A stretch of DNA of 64,000 nt from an uncultured Candidatus Saccharibacteria bacterium. GTDB lineage: Bacteria; Patescibacteriota; CPR2; UBA1875; CAIMLA01. The stretch is from NCBI GenBank assembly GCA_964594415.1, contig CAZQLQ010000003.1, positions 6,224 through 70,223 on the forward strand. The letters run 5' to 3'. The number at the start of each line of letters is the position of its first letter. Positions within the stretch are counted from its first letter, which is position 1. Position numbers and translations under genes: made by a program. The notes beneath the pieces are model-generated. The model saw only the letters and a list, made by a program, of their open reading frames with translations. It was not told where the DNA came from and searched no databases. Of the stretch, positions 19,151 through 29,530 are shown piece by piece.

Positions 19151-19179
19151 CTATAATTTCATAGTTGAAAGCGTAATAT

Positions 19180-19254
19180 TCCCGGGTAGCTCAGTGGTAG
19201 AGCAGTTGGCTGTTAACCAATTGGTCGTCGGTTCGAATCCGACCCCGGGAGCCA
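19180..19254 (+). tRNA. tRNA-Asn (anticodon GTT)
   Basis: TCCCGGGTAGCTCAGTGGTAGAGCAGTTGGCTGTTAACCAATTGGTCGTCGGTTCGAATCCGACCCCGGGAGCCA. Preceded by the extended -10 TGCTATAAT at 19149..19157. CCA encoded. Confidence 0.85.
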
Positions 19255-19294
19255 TTAAAAGAGACGAGGTAAATGCCTGGTCTTTTTTCATTTC

Positions 19295-19346
19295 TGGTCG
19301 GATAAGAAGTTTATCCGCCCCAGGCGGAAATCCGACCCCGAGAGCC
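19295..19346 (+). repeat. Degenerate duplicate of the tRNA-Asn 3' half (integration-site-like remnant)
   Basis: TGGTCGG...AAATCCGACCCCGAGAGCCA repeats the variable-loop and acceptor 3' segment of tRNA-Asn (19 of 20 identical at the 3' end). A 27-nt insert replaces the T-loop. It does not fold as a tRNA. Confidence 0.6.
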
Positions 19347-19425
19347 AAAACAAATTAGTCTTTATCAAGCCTTTTTTTGTGTATTCCGATTCGTGAGCTA
19401 GAACGACTTGTGATAAGATTGTCTT

Positions 19426-19845
19426 ATGGAAAAAAAGAATACTAATGCACTGCAAAAATTATCAGTTTCAATAATAAACGTCTTTTTTGTTTTGCTTTTA
19501 TCGATCCCGTTTTACCTCATATACGGTTTTGGCAATGAGTATAAGATAGCGCTAGTCGTTATTTTTCTGGTTTACAATTTAGTCTTTATTTTTACTACAA
19601 AAAACAGATGCTTAGGGATGATTTTTCTCAATATTTACTGGAAGGAAGAATATCCATTTAAAAATCAAGTTATTTATGTGTTTTTATACACTCTCAGTTT
19701 CTCCACTGCTGTTATATGGATATTTTTCCCGTTTGACCTACTCTTAATAAACTTGCTTTTTATTCAATTTCCATTTGTCTTAAAGACAGGTACAACCGCT
19801 CACGGTTATTTTAGTGGTAAAATGTCTGGTTACAAGAAGGATTAA
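19426..19845 (+). CDS. Small polytopic membrane protein, hypothetical
   Basis: 139 aa with four hydrophobic helices and no clear family signature. Confidence 0.45.
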   Translation: MEKKNTNALQKLSVSIINVFFVLLLSIPFYLIYGFGNEYKIALVVIFLVYNLVFIFTTKNRCLGMIFLNIYWKEEYPFKNQVIYVFLYTLSFSTAVIWIFFPFDLLLINLLFIQFPFVLKTGTTAHGYFSGKMSGYKKD

Positions 19846-20026
19846 CCCAACAATTTCAAATCAGGAATATAAACATTTTCTTCCAATTTGACACAAATCG
19901 TTCTAGCATCATCCACCACCTGGAGCCATATAACAAGAGGTTTAACAAAGCCTTTTTTTATTTATAAAAATTATTAAATACTTCTGTTACGATCGAATTT
20001 TTTGAAAGTTATGAGATAATGAAGTC

Positions 20027-20386
20027 ATGGATGAAAGAGTTAAAAATTATATTGGAAGGCAGGACGAGCCTAAGAAGACTATCCTTAGAGAACTCAGGGA
20101 ATTACTGCTTAGTACGATTGACGACTGTAAGGAAGAATTCAATTGGGGTGTGCCTGTTTATGATGGCGGTAAATTTTATATTGCCGCCATGAGAGAACGA
20201 GTACATATCGGATTTGCGATTAAAGGACTATCTGACGAGGAAATAATGAACTTTGAAGGCAAAGGCAAAACCATGAGACACATAAAGATTTATACGGTAG
20301 AAGACATTGATAATAAAAATATTAAATACCTAATAAATCTTGTTCATGAAAAAGCCACAGTGCCACCTGACTATAAGAATCTTTAA
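20027..20386 (+). CDS. DUF1801 (YdhG-like) domain protein
   Basis: About 120 aa with the characteristic pattern (YIGRQDEP...GKFYIAAMRERVHIGF...RHIKI). Confidence 0.6.
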   Translation: MDERVKNYIGRQDEPKKTILRELRELLLSTIDDCKEEFNWGVPVYDGGKFYIAAMRERVHIGFAIKGLSDEEIMNFEGKGKTMRHIKIYTVEDIDNKNIKYLINLVHEKATVPPDYKNL

Positions 20387-20403
20387 TTAGTGAGTGTTTT
20401 AAT

Positions 20404-20571
20404 ATGAATATAGACGAAAAAATAGAGATAACCGTTGAAAAAACAATAGAAGCGCTTGCCAGAATAGAACGATTTGTTGTTAAATACGGATCTGAGCTTG
20501 AAGATGGTCAAAAAGAACGAATTGCTATGAAAGTTCAAGAACTACAAAATAAGATTAAGAATTTAAGTTAA
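20404..20571 (+). CDS. Unannotated 55-aa coiled-coil ORF (MNIDEKIEITVEKTIEALARIERFVVKYGSELEDGQKERIAMKVQELQNKIKNLS)
   Basis: The ORF is below the track size cutoff. It fills the gap between the DUF1801 and S51 peptidase genes. No strong SD. Confidence 0.25.
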   Translation: MNIDEKIEITVEKTIEALARIERFVVKYGSELEDGQKERIAMKVQELQNKIKNLS

Positions 20572-20676
20572 GTATTTTAAGCTCGTTTCACCAAATAAGC
20601 AAAAAAGATTGCGGCCTTTAAGTCGTTTTTTTTATTTTTTACATTTAAAATAAGCGACTTGTGCTAAAATTACTTT

Positions 20677-21303
20677 ATGAAATTATTCTTATCTTCAATC
20701 GGTTTTGATGAAAATGTCGCCAAAGAGTTAGATGAACTTATATCTAAAAAGCGAGTTGATGTTTCCATTGGAATTATCACCAATGCTAAGAAGTATAAAT
20801 CAAAGGAAGAATTCAAAGAATCGATAACGAGAAATACAAAATATGTCGCTGATTTAGGTTATTCAAAGATTCGCTATATTGATTTAGATAATTACGGAGA
20901 CAAAGATTTAGAATGCGATGTTTTGTATATTTTTGGAGGAAACTCTTTTTACCTTCTGGAAGCAATTAAAAGAAGCGGTTTTGATAAGGCTCTAAAGAGA
21001 ATCGTGGATGAGGGTAGAATAATTGTTGGACAAAGTGCTGGTAGTATTATTTTTTCACCAAGTATTGAAATTGCTGGCAATGATTTTTGCTATGATCAAA
21101 ATATCTTGGGATTAAAAGACTTAGACGCACTTAATATAGTGGATTATGCAATTCTCCCACATTATGAAGATAAATATGTAGCGGGCGTTAGAAAACTTCG
21201 CGAAACTGTTGGTTATGACATTTACGCCTTAAAAGACGGGCAAACAATTTTCTTAAACGGTAACGAAACCACTTATTTGGGCGGGGAACCTGCTATCTTT
21301 TAA
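20677..21303 (+). CDS. Peptidase S51 family (dipeptidase E / cyanophycinase-like) paralog 1
   Basis: GGNSFYLLEAIKRSG and GQSAGSII (Ser nucleophile in the SAGS context) match Peptidase_S51. Confidence 0.7.
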   Translation: MKLFLSSIGFDENVAKELDELISKKRVDVSIGIITNAKKYKSKEEFKESITRNTKYVADLGYSKIRYIDLDNYGDKDLECDVLYIFGGNSFYLLEAIKRSGFDKALKRIVDEGRIIVGQSAGSIIFSPSIEIAGNDFCYDQNILGLKDLDALNIVDYAILPHYEDKYVAGVRKLRETVGYDIYALKDGQTIFLNGNETTYLGGEPAIF

Positions 21304-21323
21304 TGCCTAAGTTCTAAGATCAT

Positions 21324-21395
21324 TCCACCAAGCGATGCAAATAGAACAGTCTTAACAAAGCCTTTTTTTGATGTCTAAAAAAATTAACCTCTATC
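21324..21395 (+). repeat. Repeated intergenic module (terminator hairpin plus downstream promoter-like segment), copy 1
   Basis: ccaccaagcgatgcaaatagaacagtcttaacaaagcctttttttgatgtctaaaaaaattaacctctatcg. Nearly identical to 22084..22155, with a partial copy at 19939..19962. Confidence 0.7.
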
Positions 21396-21427
21396 GGAAT
21401 TAGAACTTTTGAGTTAAAATTTGGTCT

Positions 21428-22069
21428 ATGAAGATCCTCCTAACATCTAGCGGAATAGATAGGGCTGTTTACGCTAAAATAAGACGCTTACTTGGTAATA
21501 GAGCAGACATTTCGGTTGGCTTTCTGAAATCGTCTATAAAATATATGAACAATCAGCCAGCCTTGGAAAATAGACTTAGCGAAATTTCTAATAATTTGTT
21601 ATCTTTGGGATTTAAAAAAGCTGATGGTTATTATCTACCAAAATATACAGCAGGACACTTGGCAGTAGCATTAGATAAATATGATGTGATTTATATATGC
21701 GGTGGGAACACCTTTAATCTCTTAAATGTCATTAAAATCGCTGGTTTTGAAAAAGTTTTGGACGACCTCAAGGATAAAAAGATTATCGTTAGTGAAAGTG
21801 CTGGAAGTTATGTTTTGTGCCCAAACATAGAAATGGCAAACTGGAAGGGGTCAAACAGCAACGAGGTTGGTATAGATGACTTAACGGGTTTAAATTATGT
21901 TCCCTTTCTAGTGTCGGCTCACTACTCGGATGAAGTTGCTGGAAAAATTAAAGTTGGTGCAAAGAAATCGGGACTAACGACTTATGCACTTAGAGATGGA
22001 CAGGCAGTCTTTTATCAGGATGGGAATTTAGAATATTTGGGTGGTGAGCCCAAGGTTATTAAGGCTTAG
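21428..22069 (+). CDS. Peptidase S51 family paralog 2
   Basis: GGNTFNLLNVIKIAG and SESAGSYV. A tandem paralog of the preceding gene, with the intergenic region duplicated along with it. Confidence 0.7.
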   Translation: MKILLTSSGIDRAVYAKIRRLLGNRADISVGFLKSSIKYMNNQPALENRLSEISNNLLSLGFKKADGYYLPKYTAGHLAVALDKYDVIYICGGNTFNLLNVIKIAGFEKVLDDLKDKKIIVSESAGSYVLCPNIEMANWKGSNSNEVGIDDLTGLNYVPFLVSAHYSDEVAGKIKVGAKKSGLTTYALRDGQAVFYQDGNLEYLGGEPKVIKA

Positions 22070-22083
22070 TGTTCTTAACTCAG

Positions 22084-22155
22084 CCCGCCAAGAGAGGCAA
22101 ATAGAACAGGCTTAACAAAGCCTTTTTTGATGTCTAAAAACCTTAACCCCTATCG
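22084..22155 (+). repeat. Repeated intergenic module, copy 2
   Basis: ccgccaagagaggcaaatagaacaggcttaacaaagccttttttgatgtctaaaaaccttaacccctatcg. The hairpin ggctt-aaca-aagcc plus a T-run acts as a terminator. Confidence 0.7.
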
Positions 22156-22185
22156 TACTTAAAAATTTTACGATAGAATTAATTT

Positions 22186-22596
22186 ATGAAAATATTTATT
22201 ATCTGCAGTAAAAATTTTTATGATAAAATCTCGTCTATTAAATCCGAGCTAGAAAAAGCAGGACATATCATATCTCTTCCAAATTGCTTTGACGACCCAG
22301 GCACCGAAGACAGATATAGAAACCTTGGTTCAAAAGAACACACAGAATGGAAGTCCAAAATGCTAAAACATAGTACCGGTGTTATCGAGCATAATGACGC
22401 CGTTTTGGTGCTCAATTTTGAGAAAAACGGGATAGAAAACTATATTGGCGGGGCAACATTTCTAGAAATGTATGATGCCTTTCGACTTGATAAAAAAATA
22501 TTTTTATACAATGACATTCCGAATGGAATACTACATGACGAAATAATAGGTTTTGACCCAGTTCTAATCAATCAAAATCTGGCGAAGATCATTTAA
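22186..22596 (+). CDS. Nucleoside 2-deoxyribosyltransferase / DNPH1 (Rcl)-like protein (putative nucleotide N-glycosidase fold)
   Basis: 136 aa starting MKIFIICSKNF, with DAVLVLNFEKNG...IGGATFLEMYDAF...KKIF resembling the xGxGyElG catalytic-Glu motif of the N-deoxyribosyltransferase/DNPH1 superfamily. Confidence 0.4.
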   Translation: MKIFIICSKNFYDKISSIKSELEKAGHIISLPNCFDDPGTEDRYRNLGSKEHTEWKSKMLKHSTGVIEHNDAVLVLNFEKNGIENYIGGATFLEMYDAFRLDKKIFLYNDIPNGILHDEIIGFDPVLINQNLAKII

Positions 22597-22608
22597 TTTC
22601 ATCCACAT

Positions 22609-22635
22609 AAAAGACCTTATTTGGTCTTTTTTTAT
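22609..22635 (+). terminator. Rho-independent terminator
   Basis: aaagacc-ttattt-ggtcttt followed by a T-run, downstream of the DNPH1-like gene. Confidence 0.6.
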
Positions 22636-22670
22636 ATCCCGATAAAAGAGATAATATATCTTGAGGGAAT

Positions 22671-24362
22671 ATGAAGGAAAAAGAGAGAAAGCCCAACAAT
22701 AAAAATAAAAGCAAAAAGAAACCTTCATCACATAAGACTGTCTTTTCATTTCTGAATTTAGGTTTTATTTTCCATCTTGTTAAGTCTTACCACAAATACA
22801 AAAAATATTTTTTTCTTGGCATAGCAAACATTTTGTTTATTGTAGTAGTTGCAGTAATTGTGTTTTGGGGAAAACCAATATTGTGGTTTGTCAAGAGCTC
22901 ATCTTACCAGAACATAACATATCCTTATGCATCTGTTTTAGGAAATAATGTTGGTGGACTAAATTCAGAAGAGCTTGATACTAAATTAGCAGAGATAAAA
23001 TTAGAATTTGAAAGTAAAAAAGTTACATTCACTAATAATGAAAGCCAATGGATATTTACTTACAACGAACTGGGGGTTAGATTTGATAGTGATGTGACCA
23101 AACAAGCAATTTTGGAATTTAATAAATACAATATAAGAAACAAGTACAAACTAATTATTGGCGACATTAGTCCTCAGGTTATACCGTCAATATCAATCAT
23201 TAACGATAAATGCGTTAATTCTCTTTCAACCGTATCAATTCCTGAAACTGCGCCTCAAAATGCCGCCATATACTTTGACCAAGAGTTAAAAATAAAATCT
23301 GAACAATCCGGCACAAGTTATAATCCAGCTTCAAACTGTAAAGAACTATCAACTATTTTAGCTTCAAGCCGTACTAAAGCAAAAATTAGTCTAGACACCG
23401 TCGCTGCCAACTTAACCAAGGCCGACCTTGAACCGGTGCTGCCTCAGATTCAAGGCATCACTGGAAAACCGTTAACTTTATATAGTGGGTCTTACAAAAG
23501 AATTTTGCCATCAGAACAGTTGCTAGGCCTGCTAGAAATCTCTAAAAGCGACTCCGGGATCCAGGTTGGCTGGTCTTCAGCAAGGCTCGATGAACTTATT
23601 AATGGAATAGCATCAAAGGTGAATTACAGTAATAGTAGCCCGGTAGTTGGAAGTTGTGAATATTTGATTAGTAACGGCGGATACTGGTTGGACAAAGCTG
23701 CTACAAAGAAATTTATACAGAGCCTTGGCCCAAACAGCTCTCGATCCTACACTCTACCAGTTATTTATCATGAAGCCGTCATTGGTAAACGTTCGCCGGT
23801 GAAAAGCGGCACTCGAGGTACTGTTTATTTAACATTTGACGACGGTTTATTGTATGGTAATCAAATTATGAATTATGCTGCTTGTTACGGCATAAAAATT
23901 ACTTTCTTTGAAATTGGTTCTAGAGGCTTTACTGATGCCGTAGCTCTCCGCAGAGCCGTTAATGAAGGCCATGCTGTTCAATCACATGGATATGATCACG
24001 CTGCGACTAACTATGGCGAACACAGCTATGAATGGCAATTTAATGATATTAAAAAATCAATTGATACAATTATAAGCATCACGGGCATTCGGCCAACATA
24101 TTTTCGCCCACCTGGTGGAAATAGAAGTACTGACACATACACAGCTGCAAATAACAACGGGCTCAAATTGATACTGTGGGGTGCTTCTTCTGCAGATACA
24201 GCTGGAATCAGCTCAAGCGCAATTTGCTCTAATGTTTTGAATCATGCTTTTTCGGGGGCTAGTGTTTTAATGCATTCAACAAAACAAACTACTGCCAACG
24301 CAGTGCCATGCATTATTGAAGGACTGGCCGCAAGAGGTTACAGTATGCAAGCTTTAAGATAA
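22671..24362 (+). CDS. Polysaccharide deacetylase (NodB domain) with an N-terminal TM anchor and a large uncharacterised N-terminal domain
   Basis: NodB motifs TFDDG, HAVQSHGYDH and YFRPPGG in the C-terminal 200 aa. N-terminal Lys-rich tail plus a TM helix. Confidence 0.75.
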   Translation: MKEKERKPNNKNKSKKKPSSHKTVFSFLNLGFIFHLVKSYHKYKKYFFLGIANILFIVVVAVIVFWGKPILWFVKSSSYQNITYPYASVLGNNVGGLNSEELDTKLAEIKLEFESKKVTFTNNESQWIFTYNELGVRFDSDVTKQAILEFNKYNIRNKYKLIIGDISPQVIPSISIINDKCVNSLSTVSIPETAPQNAAIYFDQELKIKSEQSGTSYNPASNCKELSTILASSRTKAKISLDTVAANLTKADLEPVLPQIQGITGKPLTLYSGSYKRILPSEQLLGLLEISKSDSGIQVGWSSARLDELINGIASKVNYSNSSPVVGSCEYLISNGGYWLDKAATKKFIQSLGPNSSRSYTLPVIYHEAVIGKRSPVKSGTRGTVYLTFDDGLLYGNQIMNYAACYGIKITFFEIGSRGFTDAVALRRAVNEGHAVQSHGYDHAATNYGEHSYEWQFNDIKKSIDTIISITGIRPTYFRPPGGNRSTDTYTAANNNGLKLILWGASSADTAGISSSAICSNVLNHAFSGASVLMHSTKQTTANAVPCIIEGLAARGYSMQALR

Positions 24363-24372
24363 AAAATAATTA

Positions 24373-25317
24373 ATGGTAAGAATAATGAATAATATTAGCA
24401 GTCATTTTAAAAATACAATATCAAAAAGAGTATGGATATTATTAGCAGTATTCATAATAATATTAATTTCGACTTCGGTCTTTTTATTTTCTAAAATAAG
24501 CAAACAACAACCGCATCAAACGACTACTACGACATCTTTAACAACAGTCACCTCAAGCACTACTATCACCACAACAACGACAACCACTACTACAACAACA
24601 AGTACGTCCACGACTAAGGCTCCCTCAACTACTACAACTACTAAATTTAACGTGATGAACCTAAATAACAACGTAGTAAATTGGAGCTATGCATACCCAT
24701 CAAGCTTCATAACCAAATACAATGGTTATTGGAATTTTGGTGACAACAATCTATATCTAACGTTTGATTGTGGCTATGATTACAACAATCTTGCTTCTAG
24801 TATCATGGATATCTTGGAGACCAAAAACGTAAAAGCAGTATTCTTCGTAACGGGTGCTTTTATGAATTCAAGGCCTGATCTGATAAACAGGATGATTGCC
24901 GAAGGACATATCGTAGGAAATCACTCGTATGGCCACTTGAATCAACCACAAAACTTAACTTCCTCCACGGACACAGTTATTGCCGATATTAAAGCCTGGG
25001 AAAATAAATATTTTGCTATAACGGGAACATCTCCTTACAAACATTTATTCCGCCCTCCGGCCGGAGCTATTTCCGAGCGCTCGATGGCCCTAATGAATCA
25101 ACTTGGCTACAAAAGCTTACTTTGGGCAGTTGCATACAGGGATTGGGATCCCGCAAATCAACCTACTGAGGCAGAAGCATGGACAGCATTACGTAACTAT
25201 ACGTCGGCAGGTGATATTATTCTTCTTCACGGAACCTCACAAACAAGCACAAATATTTTAAGTGCCTATATAGACGAATATCGATCTAAAGGTTATGAGT
25301 TTAGACTACCGAATTAA
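24373..25317 (+). CDS. Polysaccharide deacetylase (NodB domain) with a poly-Thr linker
   Basis: TM helix, then TTTTTSLTTVTSSTTITTTTTTTTTTTSTSTTKAPSTTTTT, then the NodB motifs (TFDCGYD, HIVGNHSYGH, FRPPAG). Confidence 0.75.
   Translation: MVRIMNNISSHFKNTISKRVWILLAVFIIILISTSVFLFSKISKQQPHQTTTTTSLTTVTSSTTITTTTTTTTTTTSTSTTKAPSTTTTTKFNVMNLNNNVVNWSYAYPSSFITKYNGYWNFGDNNLYLTFDCGYDYNNLASSIMDILETKNVKAVFFVTGAFMNSRPDLINRMIAEGHIVGNHSYGHLNQPQNLTSSTDTVIADIKAWENKYFAITGTSPYKHLFRPPAGAISERSMALMNQLGYKSLLWAVAYRDWDPANQPTEAEAWTALRNYTSAGDIILLHGTSQTSTNILSAYIDEYRSKGYEFRLPN
24514..24652 (+). repeat. Low-complexity ACT/ACA-rich coding repeat encoding the poly-Thr linker
   Basis: Runs of actact/acaaca codons inside the second deacetylase gene. 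Confidence 0.7.
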
Positions 25318-25391
25318 TAAAGTAATTCACATTTCAATTTATCTTGAATTTATACTATTATTGATATTGTTAGTAAGCTTACGGAGTTTTT

Positions 25392-26165
25392 TTGCTTTAT
25401 TCCATATACGAAATTATCTGGATATTCATAGTTTATTCTTTTTTTGGTTGGTGCTTAGAAGTGGTGAACGCAACAATCAGGACAGGGAAATTTGTAAACA
25501 GAGGCTTTTTAAATGGCCCCTACTGCCCAATTTACGGATTTGGCACAGTTATTATTCTAGAGGCCTTAAATCCTTACAAAAGCAACTTGTTTTTAGTCTT
25601 CGTCGGGTCAATATTATTGACTACCGTTCTCGAATTTATAACAGGCTATATCCTTGAAAGAGTCTTTGACCAAAAATGGTGGGACTATTCGCGCGATCAC
25701 TTTAATCTTAAGGGATACGTTTGTTTAGAAAACTCGGTTATTTGGGGAATCGCATCAATTTTTGTAATATTTATTCTCCACCCAATCATTAATAGCTTTA
25801 TAACCTGGTTGCCAAAAAATATTGGAACAATTCTCCTCATTGTAGTGCTTGAAATTATGATTATAGACTTTGCTATAACTCTTGTTTCGCTTTTAAAAAT
25901 TAAAAAAAGGCTAAATGTCCTTGTGGAAACAGGAGAGAAAATAAGAATACTTTCAGACGCAATAGGGAAGAACATCTCAGGCAAAACTCTCTCGGGTCTC
26001 AAGAAAAGAAAAAAGTATGAGATAGAGTTGAGAGAATTAAAAAAGAATTATCAGGAACTTCTAGAAGAAAAAGTATTTATACAAAAAAGAATTGTTAAGG
26101 CTTTTCCAAGCTTGAACTCGCTTTGGGCGAAAAGACTTAAAGGGCTAGTTAAAAATAAAAAATAG
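25392..26165 (+). CDS. DUF1113 / CmpB-like integral membrane protein with a C-terminal coiled-coil tail
   Basis: FFGWCLEVVNATIRTGKFVNRGFLNGPYCPIYGFG is the characteristic DUF1113 (putative ABC-transporter type IV) signature. The C-terminal KRKKYEIELRELKKNYQELLEE segment is coiled-coil. Confidence 0.55.
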   Translation: MLYSIYEIIWIFIVYSFFGWCLEVVNATIRTGKFVNRGFLNGPYCPIYGFGTVIILEALNPYKSNLFLVFVGSILLTTVLEFITGYILERVFDQKWWDYSRDHFNLKGYVCLENSVIWGIASIFVIFILHPIINSFITWLPKNIGTILLIVVLEIMIIDFAITLVSLLKIKKRLNVLVETGEKIRILSDAIGKNISGKTLSGLKKRKKYEIELRELKKNYQELLEEKVFIQKRIVKAFPSLNSLWAKRLKGLVKNKK

Positions 26166-26204
26166 ATTAATAGATATTATTATTTGCCAGCAGCTTCAAT
26201 AATT

Positions 26205-26420
26205 TTAGATATATTCGCCAATAATTGGTGCTGTATTAAAAAATGTAAGTAAATAAACCAAAAGCACTGCCAATATCGTTCCACCAATGAAAAATCCTAA
26301 TCCGCTTATAATACCACGATAAAAAGTCCACCATACAGATGCATTTTTAGTAACTGCTTGCTCCAACTTATCTATAGAACCCTTCAGTCCTAATAGCTCT
26401 TTCATATGAAAATTATACAC
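26205..26420 (-). CDS. Small membrane protein, hypothetical
   Basis: 71-aa ORF with a C-terminal TM helix. Located downstream of the atp operon on the same strand. Confidence 0.35.
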   Translation of the reverse strand: MYNFHMKELLGLKGSIDKLEQAVTKNASVWWTFYRGIISGLGFFIGGTILAVLLVYLLTFFNTAPIIGEYI

Positions 26421-26450
26421 AAAAAAATGATGTGTATAAATAAAACTAGA

Positions 26451-26873
26451 TCAAGAAGTCACTATTTCAGTAAGTTTTTTTATGCTCCAATCAAAATCGC
26501 TATTCTTTTCTAACCAAAGGCCAATAACGCTAACTCCCTTAGGAACTCCCCAATCGTTGGCAATCAATTCACACGATTCGTTAAGCTCAGAGATTTGAGC
26601 TTCATCGGAAATCGGATTTTTCGCACAATCTTGATGTGCGATTACTACTACATTAGTTGAACTATGACCGCTTACTGATATACTGACCTCTTCCTTAAGA
26701 TTTTCTACAACTTCCTTGACACCTTTAGTTATCACATTGGTTGGACCCGCAACATTGACAGCGTCAACAAATTCAACACACAGTTCTTTTTTTATCCAGT
26801 CGCTTACTGGTTTTTGAGTTCTTCCATCGATACAATTAATCATTGTTGCAAAATGTAAATTACTATGAGACAT
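26451..26873 (-). CDS. Small beta-carbonic-anhydrase-like protein (CxDxR ... HxxC zinc motif), putative
   Basis: NCIDGRTQ and AHQDCA match the two beta-CA zinc-ligand motifs. Only 140 aa. It starts 8 nt after the atpC stop, so it is likely co-transcribed with the atp operon. Confidence 0.35.
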   Translation of the reverse strand: MSHSNLHFATMINCIDGRTQKPVSDWIKKELCVEFVDAVNVAGPTNVITKGVKEVVENLKEEVSISVSGHSSTNVVVIAHQDCAKNPISDEAQISELNESCELIANDWGVPKGVSVIGLWLEKNSDFDWSIKKLTEIVTS

Positions 26874-26881
26874 ATTTCTCC

Positions 26882-27336
26882 TTAATCATTTAATTCTCTT
26901 GCTTTTTGTCCGTGCTTTCTTTTGATCCCAGAGTGCTTAGTAATTGCTTTGAGCTGAGCTGCAATGCGTATAAGCTCTGCTTCTGATTCTGCGAACAACT
27001 CCTTGTTGGCAATTGCTTCTGCCAAAGCCTTTTCTGCAGCTTTCTTGGCCCCAAGTACTTCTGCCTCATTAAGTTCATGGATATGCTCTGCAGCATCCGC
27101 AAGCACGATCACTTTACTTCCTTCTTTTATATGCACGAAACCTCCATAAAGAAGAGCAATTCTCTCATCATCCTTTGACCTTACGATAATCTCTCCTGGA
27201 CTAATTTCGGCAACAAGAGGAACATGGTTTGGTAGCACCGTAATTTGTCCTGTTTTAACAGGTAAAATCACCTCTTTGACCTCTTCTTCAAACAAGGTTC
27301 TCTCAGGGGTTATGACTGACAAATAAAGTTTAGACA

Positions 27337-27337
<1 letters not shown>
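26882..27337 (-). CDS. atpC: F1Fo ATP synthase epsilon subunit
   Basis: Epsilon beta-sandwich N-terminus (LSVITPERTLFEEEVKEVILPVKTGQITVLPNHVPLV) plus the helical C-terminus. Confidence 0.9.

Positions 27338-29530
<2,193 letters not shown>

Noticed and set aside
19274-19346. Possible second (tandem) tRNA downstream of tRNA-Asn
   Set aside because: It cannot form an acceptor stem or a T-arm, and only the last roughly 20 nt and the TGGTCG segment match tRNA-Asn. It is interpreted as a degenerate att-like duplicate rather than a functional tRNA.
18975-19358. Track ORFs 18975..19358 (+) and 19151..19348 (-)
   Set aside because: They span tRNA-Asn and its degenerate 3' duplicate, and the Ser/Pro/Arg-rich translation is typical of reading through GC-rich RNA genes. 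The region was treated as noncoding (tRNA plus candidate sRNA).
25295-25657. ORF 25295..25657 (+) overlapping the deacetylase stop and the DUF1113 gene start
   Set aside because: It is out of frame with the DUF1113 gene, which has a clear family signature. It is likely spurious.
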